Source: an uncultured Acidobacteriota bacterium (lineage in GTDB: Bacteria > Acidobacteriota > Vicinamibacteria > Vicinamibacterales > SCN-69-37). Taken from it: DNA of 64,000 bases. How positions within the stretch are numbered: the stretch's first letter is position 1; each line of letters begins with the position of its first letter. Where the stretch lies: the NCBI GenBank assembly GCA_963751445.1, contig CAVVUL010000008.1, forward strand, positions 130,555-194,554. The letters are read 5' to 3'. Both the position numbers and the translations under genes were made by a program. The notes beneath the pieces were generated by a model. The model ran no database searches, was not told the origin of the DNA, and saw only the letters and a list, made by a program, of their open reading frames with translations. Of the stretch, positions 27,098-38,046 are shown in pieces.

Positions 27098-29725
27098 ATG
27101 AATCGCTACACCGAAAAGGCGCAGGAAGCCGTCATCGGCGCCCAGCAGCTCGCCGAGCGCGCCGGCAATCCTGAGGTCCTGCCCGAACATGTGCTGCTCG
27201 CGCTGATCGCGCAGCGCGACGGCGTCGTGCCGGCCGTCCTCGGCAAGATGCAGATCGACGCGGATGCGCTCGCGACCTGAGGTCCAGGGCCTCGCTCGAA
27301 CCGGCTGCCGAAGCGTGCACGGCGGCGCGCAGCCGGGCCTGTCCGCCCGCCTGCGGCAGGTCCTGACGCACGGCGGAGACCGAGGCTGAAGCGCTCAAGG
27401 ACGAATTCACCAGCACCGAGCATCTGTTCCTGGCGATCGCGTCGGAGGCCGGCCGCTCCCCCGCCGCCCAGGCCGCTCAAGCAGCGCGGCGTCACGCGCG
27501 ACGCCATCCTGCAGGCGCTCACCGCGGTGCGCGGCTCGCAGCGCGTCACCGATCAGAACCCCGAGGGCAAGTACCAGGCGCTCGAACGCTACGGCCGCGA
27601 CCTCACCGAGATCGCCCGCAAGGGCAAGCTCGATCCGGTCATCGGCCGCGACGACGAGATCCGCCGCGTCATCCAGGTGCTGGCGCGCCGGACGAAGAAC
27701 AATCCGGTGCTCATCGGCGAGCCGGGCGTCGGCAAGACCGCCATCGTGGAAGGCCTCGCCCAGCGCATCGTGCGCGGCGACGTGCCCGAAGGCCTGAAGC
27801 AACAAGCGGATCGTCGCGCTCGACATGGGCGCGCTCGTCGCCGGCGCCAAGTATCGCGGCGAGTTCGAGGAACGGCTGAAGGCCGTCCTCAAGGAAGTGG
27901 CCGACGCCCAGGGCCAGGTCGTGCTGTTCATCGACGAGCTGCACACCGTCGTCGGCGCCGGCGCGGCGGAAGGGTCGATCGACGCGTCCAACCTGCTCAA
28001 GCCGATGCTCGCGCGCGGCGAGCTGCACACGATTGGCGCCACGACGCTGGACGAATACCGCAAGCACATCGAGAAGGATGCCGCGCTCGAACGCCGCTTC
28101 CAGCCGGTGCAGGTCGGCGAGCCGACCGTCGAGGACACGATCAGCATCCTGCGCGGACTGCGCGAGCGCTATGAGATCCACCACGGCGTCAAGTTCAAGG
28201 ACTGCGGCGCTCGTCGCCGCGGCCGTGCTGTCGAACCGCTACATCGCGGACCGGTTCCTGCCCGACAAGGCGATCGATCTGGTCGACGAAGCCGCGTCAC
28301 GGCTGCGCATGGAGATCGACTCGATGCCGGCGGAACTGGACGAGGTCAGCGTCGCATCATGCAGCTCGAGATCGAACGGGAGGCGCTGCGGAAGGAATCC
28401 GACAAGGCGTCGCGCGAGCGTCTCGGCAGGCTCGAGAAGGAACTGGCCGACCTCAAGGAGACGCAGACGCGCCTGAGCGCGCAGTGGCAGCACGAGAAGC
28501 AGGCGATTCAGGACGTGCGCACAGCAGAAGGAAGAACTGGAGCGCATCCGCCAGGAGGCCGACCGCGCGCAGCGGTCCGGCGACTACGCGAAGGCCTCCG
28601 AGCTGCAGTACGGCCGCATCCCGGAGCTCGAACGCCAGATTCTCGCGCACGAGCAAGGCGCCGCCGCGGCCGGCGCCGGGCCGCGCCGCGCATGCTGAAG
28701 GAACAGGTCGACGAGGAGGACATCGCCGAAGTCGTCGCGCGCTGGACGCACATTCCCGTGTCGCAAGCTGATGGAGGGCGAGGTCCAGAAGCTGATTCAC
28801 ATGGAGGAGCGGCTCCACCAGCGTGTGGTCGGACAGGACGACGCGGTCGACCGCCGTCGCCAACGCGATCCGGCGCGCCCGCGCCGGCCTGCAGGATCCG
28901 AACCGCCCGCTCGGCAGCTTCATCTTCCTGGGCCCCACGGGCGTCGGCAAGACCGAACTCGCCCGCGCGCTCGCGGAGTTCCTGTTCGACGACGAGCAGG
29001 CCATGGTGCGGATCGACATGTCGGAGTACCAGGAGAAGCACACCGTGTCCCGGCTGATCGGCGCGCCCCCGGGATACGTCGGCTACGAGGAGGCCGGACA
29101 ATTGACCGAAGCCGTCCGCCGCCGGCCGTACGCCGTCGTGCTGTTCGACGAAATCGAAAAGGCGCATCCGGAAGTGCTGAACGTGATGCTGCAGCTGCTC
29201 GACGACGGCCGCCTGACCGACGGACAGGGCCGGACGGTGGATTTCCGCAACGGCGTCATCATCATGACGTCGAACGTCGGCAGCCACTTCATCGCGGAGC
29301 GGGCGATGCTCGGAGACACGACGCTCGACGAGGACACGCGCCGGCAGTTGCTGGACGCGCTGCGCCAGCACTTCAAGCCGGAGTTCCTGAACCGCATCGA
29401 CGACGTGATCTTCTTCCACGCGCTCGGCCGCGCGGACATCCGGACAGATCATCGATATTCAGCTCGGGCGCTGCTCCGCCGGCTGGAGGATCGGAAGATC
29501 CGCCTCGAGCTGACCGACAAAGCGCGCGACATCCTCATCGAGGAAGGATACGATCCGGTCTATGGCGCCCGGCCGCTCAAGCGGATGATTCAGCGGCGCC
29601 TCCTCGATCCGCTGGCGCTCGGGGTGTTGCAGGGCCAGTTTGGCGAAGGGGACGTGGTGACGGCTGAGGCCAGCAAGGACGGACTGATGTTGACGCGCGC
29701 GGTTGCCGCGCGGAAGCGGGGCACG
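27098..29725 (+). CDS. clpB: ClpB disaggregase (many frame breaks; C-terminal end unresolved)
   Basis: [19 protein letters not shown], both AAA+ modules ([15 protein letters not shown]; [17 protein letters not shown]), the coiled-coil middle domain and [18 protein letters not shown]. No in-frame stop precedes the ftsH ATG in the final frame. Confidence 0.8.
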
Positions 29726-31605
29726 ATGACACCGACCGATCAGGACAAACGCCCGGGCGGCCCTCGCCGCCCCACCATGCCGGGTGGCCGCTCGTTCTCG
29801 CCGCTCTGGCTCGCCGCGGGCCTGCTGCTGCTGATGGTGCTCGCCAACGGCGTCCGCGCCATCGTCGGTCCGGGCGAAGAGCTGCAGGTACTCGCAGTTC
29901 AAGTCGCTGATCGGCGAGGGGCGCATCTCCGATGTCGTCATCACGCCCGATCGGATCGACGGCACGTACCAGAACGCGTCCAAGGCGATCGTGCCGTTCT
30001 ACACCGTCCCGGTGGACGGATCCGAAGCTGCTCGAGCTGCTGGAGCCAAGAACGTCCGTATCAGGCGAGGGTGGAGAGCCGCTGGGTGGCGGAACTGCTG
30101 TCATGGGTCCTGCCGGTGGCGCTGATCGTCGCGCGTGTGGCTGTTTTTCTTCCGGCGCATGAGCGGCACGGAGGGCGGCATCATGTCGTTCGGCCGCAGC
30201 CGCGCGAAGATTTTCGCGGAAGACGACGTCAAGGTGAGTTTCGCGGATGTGGCGGGGGTCGACGAAGCGGCGCAGGAACTGCGCGAGATCGTCGACTTTC
30301 TGAAGACACCCGAAGAAATACACGACGCTGGGCGGCCGCATCCCGAAGGGCGTGCTGCTCGTCGGGCCTCCCGGCACCGGCAAGACGCTGCTGGCGCGGG
30401 CCGTCGCCGGCGAAGCCAAGGTCCCCTTCTTCAGCCTGAGCGGATCGGACTTCGTCGAGATGTTCGTGGGCGTCGGCGCGGCGCGCGTGCGCGATCTCTT
30501 CCGGCAGGCGGAGACCAAGGCGCCGTGCATCGTGTTCATCGACGAACTCGACGCGCTCGGCAAGGTCCGCATGCAGTCGCCGATGGGCGGACACGAGGAG
30601 CGGGAGCAGACGCTCAATCAGTTGCTGTCGGAGATGGACGGGTTCGACTCGAAAAAGGGCGTCATCATCATGGCCGCCACGAACCGGCCCGAGGTGCTCG
30701 ACCCGGCGCTGCTCCGGCCCGGCCGCTTCGATCGGCAGGTGCTGGTGGACAAGCCCGACGTGAAGGGGCGCGAAGCCATTCTTCGCATCCATGCGCGAGC
30801 GGTGAAGCTGGACGGCGACCTGGATCTCGCGGTGATTGCCGCGCGGACGGCGGGCTTGCGGGCGCGGACCTGGCGAATCTCGTGAACGAAGCCGCGCTGC
30901 TGGCCGCCCGGCGCGAGAAGGCGGCGGTGGGCGCCTCGGAATTCGAGGAGGCCATCGACCGGGTCGTGGCCGGCCTCGAGAAGAAGCGCGCGATGAACCC
31001 GCGCGTGCGCCGCATCGTCGCCGTGCACGAATCCGGACACGCGATCGTCGCCACGGTGCTGCCCGGCGGCGACCCGGTGCACAAGGTGTCGATCGTGCAG
31101 CGCGGATTCGGCGCGCTCGGCTACACGATGCAGTTGCCGCTCGAGGATCGCTATCTCCTCACGCGCGGCGAGCTCGAGAACCAGCTGGCGGTGCTGCTGG
31201 CCGGCCGCACGGCCGAGTTGCTCGAGTTCAACGAATTCTCCACCGGCGCGCAGAACGACCTGCTGCGGGCCACCGACATCGCGCGCGCGATGGTGACGGA
31301 ATTCGGCATGAGCCCGGCGATCGGGCCGATCAATCACGAGGGCCGGCGGCGCGGCACGTTCGTCGACACGCCGTTCATGCCTGAGCGCGGCGCGTACGCC
31401 GAGGACACCGCGCGCGTCATCGACGCCGAGGTCAAACGCATCGTGACCGACGCGGAAGACCTCCGCGCGCCGCATCCTCGAATCGCATCACGAGAACTTG
31501 CTGAAGCTGACGGACAAACTGCTCGAGCAGGAAGTCGTCGACGGCGACCAGCTGCGCGAGATGCTCGGCCCGAAGGCGAAGCGAGCCCGCCAGAGCGGCC
31601 AGTAG
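29726..31605 (+). CDS. ftsH: ATP-dependent zinc metalloprotease FtsH (about 7 frame breaks)
   Basis: TM-containing N-terminus, [22 protein letters not shown], the second region of homology, the HEXXH site (VHESGHAIV), and a tail ...[13 protein letters not shown] ending at 31605. Confidence 0.85.
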
Positions 31606-31627
31606 CCGGCGGGCTTCAGCCCGCCGG
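31600..31627 (+). repeat. REP-type hairpin family 1, copy c
   Basis: CAGTAGCCGGCGGGCTTCAGCCCGCCGG. The TAG inside it is the ftsH stop codon. Confidence 0.8.
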
Positions 31628-31768
31628 ACAGGCCAGGACTGTAATCGCAGTGCGCCAGGCAAGACCGTAATCCGCGGCGCTCTGACACGTTGGTGAGAGC
31701 GTTTCCGATTGTGGTGCCCCTGCGCCCTCTCGCCCGGCTTCTATTCAGCCACCGTCGCGCAGTCAGTA

Positions 31769-31784
31769 CGGCATCCGCCTTGCA
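31769..31784 (+). promoter_or_regulatory. Sigma-54-like promoter CGGCAT-N5-TTGCA upstream of the pilin-like operon
   Basis: The GG and GC dinucleotides have exact -24/-12 spacing and TTGCA matches fully. Overall 9 of 11 core positions match. It ends 18 nt upstream of ATG 31803. Confidence 0.5.
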
Positions 31785-31802
31785 GCCTCCAGGTCTATCC
31801 GT

Positions 31803-32405
31803 ATGGCTCTCGACCCAGGCGCGCGCGCCGAATCCGATGCCGGATTCTCGTTGATGGAGTTGCTCCTCGTCTGCGCGTTGACGATTACGGTCAGCGCGAT
31901 AGCGGCGGGATTCTTCCGCAACGCCCGCGCGTCGGTGGCCGGGAACGCCAATATCAGAAGAGTCGAGGCGCTGCTCAAGCTGGCCAGAGAAACGGCGATC
32001 AACGAACGACGCGCGGTGGTCGTGACGTTTGCGGCACCGAATCAAGTCACCCTGACGCGCCTCAACCTGCCGAATGGCGCGACGCTGGTCGGGTCAGGCT
32101 ACCTCGAGAACAACATGAGCTTCATGCTCTTCGCCGGCCTGCCGGATACGCCCGATGCGTTCGGGCGCACGGCTGCGGTCGATTTTGGACCGGCCACCCA
32201 AATCATGTTTACGGCCGACGGCACGCTGACCGACCAGGCCGGGACGTCCGTGAACGGCACGGTGTTTCTGGGCCAGCCCGGCTCACCCATGACGGCGCGC
32301 GCGCTCACGGTCTTCGGGCCGACCGCCACGCTGCGGTTCGTACCGGTGGAACGGTTCGAGTTGGAGCCATTGAGATGGACCAGCGACGCGCGGCCGAACC
32401 GCTGA
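31803..32405 (+). CDS. Prepilin-type minor pilin/pseudopilin (GspH/FimT-like), intact 200 aa
   Basis: Class III signal ...SDAG/FSLMELLLV with Glu at +5, followed by a hydrophobic helix. Confidence 0.75.
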   Translation: MALDPGARAESDAGFSLMELLLVCALTITVSAIAAGFFRNARASVAGNANIRRVEALLKLARETAINERRAVVVTFAAPNQVTLTRLNLPNGATLVGSGYLENNMSFMLFAGLPDTPDAFGRTAAVDFGPATQIMFTADGTLTDQAGTSVNGTVFLGQPGSPMTARALTVFGPTATLRFVPVERFELEPLRWTSDARPNR

Positions 32406-32934
32406 CGACACCCGGTGACGCCGGTTTCGGCCTCGTCGAGGTGCTGGTCGCCATGTTGCTCATCATCGCCGCCACCCTGCCGCTGATGACGGCCACCGCG
32501 CTCTCCGCGCGCCGGCTGATCGCGTCGCAGGACCAGTTCATCGCCAGCCAGCGCGCGGCCGAAGCCGTGGAGAGCGTCTTCAAGGCCCGCGACAATCGCG
32601 TGCTGACCTGGGCGCAGATTCGCAACGTCAACGGCGCGTCCGGCAGCGACGGCGGGGTGTTTCTGACGGCCCCCGCGACGTGCGCGATCCGGGCGCGGAC
32701 GGCCTCGTCAACACGGCTGACGACGGGGCGCTGGCGCAGGTCATCATGCCGGGGCCGGACGGCCTCCTCGGCACGGCGGACGACCAGGCGCAGGCGCTCT
32801 TCGGATTCACCCGCGAGATCGAGATTCGGAGCCTCAGCACGACGCTCCGCCAGATTCGCGTGATTGTGCGGTACCGATCCGCCAGCGGACTGGGTCGATA
32901 CGTCCTCACCACGTATCTGTCGACCTATGCGTAG
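32375..32934 (+). CDS. Prepilin-type minor pilin (PilV/GspI-like), one frame break near 32680
   Basis: GDAG/FGLVEVLVAMLLI. The C-terminal part (ORF 32680-32934) carries two G(A/P)DGL(V/L)(N/G)TADD repeats. Confidence 0.7.
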
Positions 32935-33938
32935 AAATGATTCCGGCTTCACGCTCGGCGAGGCGCTGATCGCCATGGCCCTGACGCTCGTCGTCCTCAC
33001 GGCCGCCATGAACGCCTTCCGGCGGTCGCTGGAGATCGCGGACACGGCCCGGTTGATCGGGGACACGAATCACGCGATGCAGGCCGCCATGAGCATGATG
33101 ACGCGCGACTTCCTGCAGACGGGCCAGGGCATTCCGAAGGGCGGTATCCCGATTCCGTCGGGCACGCCGTCGACTCTGATCGTGCGCCCGGCCCCCGCGG
33201 GCGCGGGCCTCACGCTCGATGCGACCGCGGTGACGCTGCCGGCCGTCTGGACCGGCGGGAGCCTCGGGCCCTCGGTGCTTGGGGTGCGGACCGACATGGT
33301 GTCGCTGCTCTATGCGGACGCGACCCTGCCGCTGAACCAGTTTCCGCTGGCGGCGATGCCGCGAACGGTGTGACGATGACGGTCAACGCCGGCACCCCGC
33401 TCGGCGGCGCCGATGGCCTCAAGGTCGGCGACCTCGTCCTCTTCACCAACGCGCTTGGCAGCGCGATCCAGGCCGTCACGGCGGTCAGTGGCCAGGTGGC
33501 GACGTTCGGGGCGGGCATCCGCTGCGCTTCAACCAGCGCACCGCGCCGCAGGGCACGATCCTGCAGTTGCAGTCGAGCGCGGGCGTCTACCCGCTGACCA
33601 CGGCCATGCGGGTCTGGCTGGTGAGCTACTACATCGACTCGACCACCGACCCCCAGGTGCCGCGCCTGATTCGGCAGGTCAACGCCGGCTCGCGTCTGGC
33701 GATCGCACTCGGCGTGGAGAACCTGCAATTTACCTACGACCTGATCGACGGGATCACGAACCCGAGCAACGTGGAGACCCCGGTGAGCCCGCTGAGTCCG
33801 AATCAAATCCGCAAAGCCAACCTGTTCCTGGCCGCGCGGTCGCTCGACAAGAGCCTGCCCAGCAACCAGTACCTGCGCAACTCGATGGCCAGCAGCGTGG
33901 GCCTGCGAAGCCTGTCGTTCGTCGATCGTTACCGTTGA
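32927..33938 (+). CDS. Prepilin-type minor pilin (PilW/GspJ-like), two frame breaks (about 33365 and 33525)
   Basis: NDSG/FTLGEALIAMALTLVVL. The C-terminal portion is in ORF 33567-33938 (VWLVSYYID...LQFTYDL...ANLFLAARS). It overlaps the previous stop by 8 nt. Confidence 0.7.
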
Positions 33939-36486
33939 TGCCTGAGGGACGAACCATGCCGGATCCACACACACACCGCGACGGCGAAGCGGGCGCGGCA
34001 CTCATCAGCGCCATGATGGTCGTCGTGCTGATGGCCGGCCTCACGGCCGGTATCATCTCGCTCGTGATTGTCGATACCCAGGTGCGGAGCCTGGACGGCA
34101 CGCGCACGCAGGCGTTCTACGTGGCGCACGCGGGGCTCGAGAAACTGACGGCCGACCTGGGCGATCTCTTCTCCGTGAATTTCGCACCGACGGGCGCGCA
34201 AGTCAACGCGCTCACGACGACGCCACCCAGTCTCGGCGCCACCTGGCAGCGGCCGGACGGCACAACGGCTACGGCATACGTTCCCTCCTGACGCGTCCGG
34301 CAACCCGCAAGCGAGCACGATGACGGTCATGTCGGGGCCGTTCCAGGGCTTGATTGGCCTGGCCACCCCGTATCAGGTGAACGTGACGGGCCGTTTGGCG
34401 GACGGATCCGAAGTGAATCTGACGCGCACGCTGCAGACGGTCGCCATCCCGGTGTTCCAGTTCGGCTATTTCTCCGAGAACGACCTCAGCTTCTTCGCCG
34501 GGCCGAACTTCAATTTCGGCGGGCGCGTGCACTCCAACTCCACGCTCTACTTCGCGAGCGGCGACGGGAGCACGCTGACGCTGGCTGACCGTGTGACGGC
34601 CGTCGGCGAAGTCATCCGCACCAACCTCTCGAACGGATGGAACACGTCAACGAACTATCAGGGCACGGTCAACGTGATCCGCGCGCCGGCGTGTATCGCA
34701 GCCTGGCGCGGACCGAGGGCAGCCTCACCGGCACGCTCGGGCAGCGCGACCAACGAGCCGACGTGGACGAACCTGTCCACGGGCACCTACAACCACAACA
34801 TCGTGAACGGCCGCACCGGCGCCAAGCGGCTCGACCTGCCGATTACGGCCTTTGGAGCGTCCCCCATCGACCTGATTCGACGGCCGGTGGCGAACGAGAA
34901 CGCGACCAATCCGCAGGTACTGGCCGAACGGTTCTACTCGATGGCCAGCCTGCGCATCCTGCTCTCCGACTCGGCTGCGGACATCATGGCGCTGCCGGGC
35001 GTGACGGCGACGGCGCCGGTCGAACTGGGCATCAACGAGCCCTACGTCGTGTCGTCGGCGCCGCCGCGCCCGCCGTTCGCGCAGTCGCCCGGCACCGGCA
35101 CGACGGGGGTCAAGACGGCCGACACCACGCCGCTCCTGGGCGGCTACATCAAGATTGAGAAGCAGACCGCGCCTGGCACGTGGGTGGACGTGACGCTCGA
35201 GATCCTGAACCTCGGCATCAACAGTCCCCAACTGCCCAGCGCCAACACGGGGGCCGCGTCCTGCACGGACTTCACGCCCAATGCGATCCTTCGCCTGCAG
35301 CGCCCCTGGGACAACGGCGGCACGTGCTACACCCTCTCGCAGATCACGACGGGCGCGGCGAATGCGACCGTCGCGCGCCTCTACGTGGATAACACGCTCT
35401 ATGACCCGCGCGAGGCGCTCCTGCGCGACTCGGCGCCCTCGTCCATGCAACTCGGCGGCATCATGCACTACATCGAACTGGACGCGCGCAACCTGTCGCG
35501 CTGGTTCCAGGGCACGATCCGCTAGGCAGCTGCCCGATCACCTGCACGGGCGGCGACGCGCTCAACGTCAACGGCTACACCGTGGACTCTCCGACCGCCG
35601 CGGCAACCGCAATGGCTCCAGCCAGGAGACCGGGGAGTTCGGTTTCGAAGATCTCGTGAATCCGCTTTCCGGCAGCGGAACGCCCAATGGCCTCCTCGAT
35701 ACGGGCGAGGACTTCAACGGCAACGGGGCGCTCGACGCCTACGGGGAGACCCCGCGGTTCCCCTACGGCATCAACTGCTGGTCCGGTTGCGCCGAAATCA
35801 TGACCGCGCCGTTTGGCGCCTCCGTCCGCCCGTGGACGACGATCGGCACGACGAATCAGATGGAGATCGCCCGGCGCAACCCGCCGGTCTTCTTCCGCCG
35901 CGCCTTGAAGCTCACCAATGGCGCCCTCGGCAACCTGGTCGCCCCGGGCCTCACGATCGCTTCGGAGAATCCCGTCTACATCCAGGGTAACTGGAACGCC
36001 AACGGCTCGGGGTTCGGCAACCCGCACGTCGCGACGTCGGTCCTGGCGGACGCGGTGACGCTGCTGTCGAACAACTGGAATGACCGCAACAGCTTCGTCA
36101 ATCCGCACAGCCATGACAGCAGCAGCGCCCGGAACGCCACGACGACCTGGTACCGGCTGGCGGTGATCGCCGGCAAGGGCCTGTCGTTTCCGCAGCCGAG
36201 CGGCACGCCGCAGGACTTCGGCACCGACGGCGGCGCCCACAACTTCCTCCGCTACATCGAGGACTGGGGCGGTGACACATTGAATTTCCGCGGCTCGATC
36301 GTCAGCTTCTTCGTGAGCCGGCAGGCCACGGGCACCTACAAGTGCTGCACGACGGTGTACTCGCCGCCGACCCGCGGGTACAACTTCGACACCGATTTCC
36401 TGACACCCAGCCTGTTGCCACCACGCACGCCGATGTTCCGCGACCTGAACGCGACCGGGTTCGCGCAGATCATCCGCCCGCAGTAA
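33938..36486 (+). CDS. Giant PilX-N-terminal-domain pilus protein (about 849 aa; at least 3 frame breaks)
   Basis: N-terminus GEAGAALISAMMVVVLMAGL (PilX/GspK-like, no Glu+5). The rest is an Asn/Gly/Thr-rich predicted beta-rich body in ORFs 34320-35525 and 35281-36486. EF-hand-like loop DFNGNGALDAYGE. TGATG overlap with the upstream gene. Confidence 0.6.
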
Positions 36487-36522
36487 CGCGCCACTGACCT
36501 GTTCGTGTCAGAATGTCGACCC

Positions 36523-37215
36523 ATGAAGAAGGTCTATCCGGACGCCACAGCCGCCGTCGAAGGCGTGATGAGCAATATGACGCTCATCCTCGGCGGCTTC
36601 GGTCTGTGCGGCATCCCTGAGAACTGCATCGACGCGCTGGCGGAATTGAACGTCACCGGGTTGACGTGCGTGTCCAACAACGCCGGCGTGGACGGCTTTG
36701 GCATCGGCATCCTGCTGGAGAAGCGGATGGTCAAAGCCATGGTCTCCAGCTACGTCGGCGAGAACGCCCTGTTCGAGAAGCTGCTGCTGAGCGGCGAACT
36801 GCAGGTGGAGCTGACCCCGCAGGGCACGCTGGCCGAACGGCTGCGCGCGGGCGGCGCCGGCATCCCGGGCTTCTACACCCCGACCGGCGTGGGCACCGCC
36901 ATCGCCGAGGGCAAGGAGGTCAAGGTGTTCGACGGCCGCGAGTACATCCTCGAGCGCGGCATCGTCGGCGACTTCGCGTTCGTCAAGGCGTGGAAGGGCG
37001 ACGCCTACGGCAACCTGATCTACCGGAAGACCGCGAGGAACTTCAATCCGATGGTGGCGACGGCCGGGAAGATCACCGTGGCCGAGGTCGAGCATCTGGT
37101 GCCGGTCGGCGAACTCGAGCCCGATCAGGTCATGACGCCCGGGATCTACGTCCAGCGCATCTTCCAGGGCCGCAACTACCAGAAGCGCATCGAAAACCGC
37201 ACGGTCTCGAAGTAG
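36523..37215 (+). CDS. scoA: 3-oxoacid CoA-transferase subunit A
   Basis: MKKVYPDATAAVEGV..LILGGFGLCGIPE and full-length family resemblance. Intact. Confidence 0.85.
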   Translation: MKKVYPDATAAVEGVMSNMTLILGGFGLCGIPENCIDALAELNVTGLTCVSNNAGVDGFGIGILLEKRMVKAMVSSYVGENALFEKLLLSGELQVELTPQGTLAERLRAGGAGIPGFYTPTGVGTAIAEGKEVKVFDGREYILERGIVGDFAFVKAWKGDAYGNLIYRKTARNFNPMVATAGKITVAEVEHLVPVGELEPDQVMTPGIYVQRIFQGRNYQKRIENRTVSK

Positions 37216-37225
37216 GAGCTGCCCA

Positions 37226-37882
<657 letters not shown>

Positions 37883-37895
37883 AGGTACGTGGCAC

Positions 37896-37990
37896 ATGTA
37901 GGCCGGGGCTTCAGCCCCGGCGGGCAGGCCGCCATGTAGGCCGGGGCTTCAGCCCCGGCGGGCGCGCCGGCCCTGAAGGGCCGGCCTACA
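37896..37990. repeat. REP/BIME-like family 2 cluster: two tandem ATGTAGGCCGGGGCTTCAGCCCCGGCGGGC units plus a GCCGGCCCTGAAGGGCCGGC hairpin
   Basis: Seen directly: units at 37896-37925, 37934-37963 and 37966-37985. Located in the convergent scoB/rho spacer. Confidence 0.85.
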
Positions 37991-38003
37991 CCGAATACGG
38001 AAC

Positions 38004-38040
38004 GGGGACGGGTCCGCTTACGCGAGCGGGACCCGTCCCC
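38004..38040. terminator. Strong GC hairpin (GGGGACGGGTCCGC...GCGGGACCCGTCCCC) between convergent scoB and rho
   Basis: Seen directly: about a 14-bp stem with one bulge, 6 nt from the rho stop codon. Confidence 0.6.
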
Positions 38041-38046
38041 ATCTAT

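Noticed and set aside
36487-36522. Inverted repeat CTGAC-N8-GTCAG just upstream of scoA as an operator related to the CTGACA repeats at 24830-24867
   Set aside because: The arms are only 5 bp, it is a single copy, and it is equally compatible with a small terminator after the pilin operon. The shared pentamer is too short to link the sites.
37890-37905. TGGCAC-N5-GGCC after scoB as a sigma-54 promoter
   Set aside because: It has no TTGC -12 element, sits at the edge of a REP cluster in a convergent gene spacer, and has no downstream plus-strand gene.
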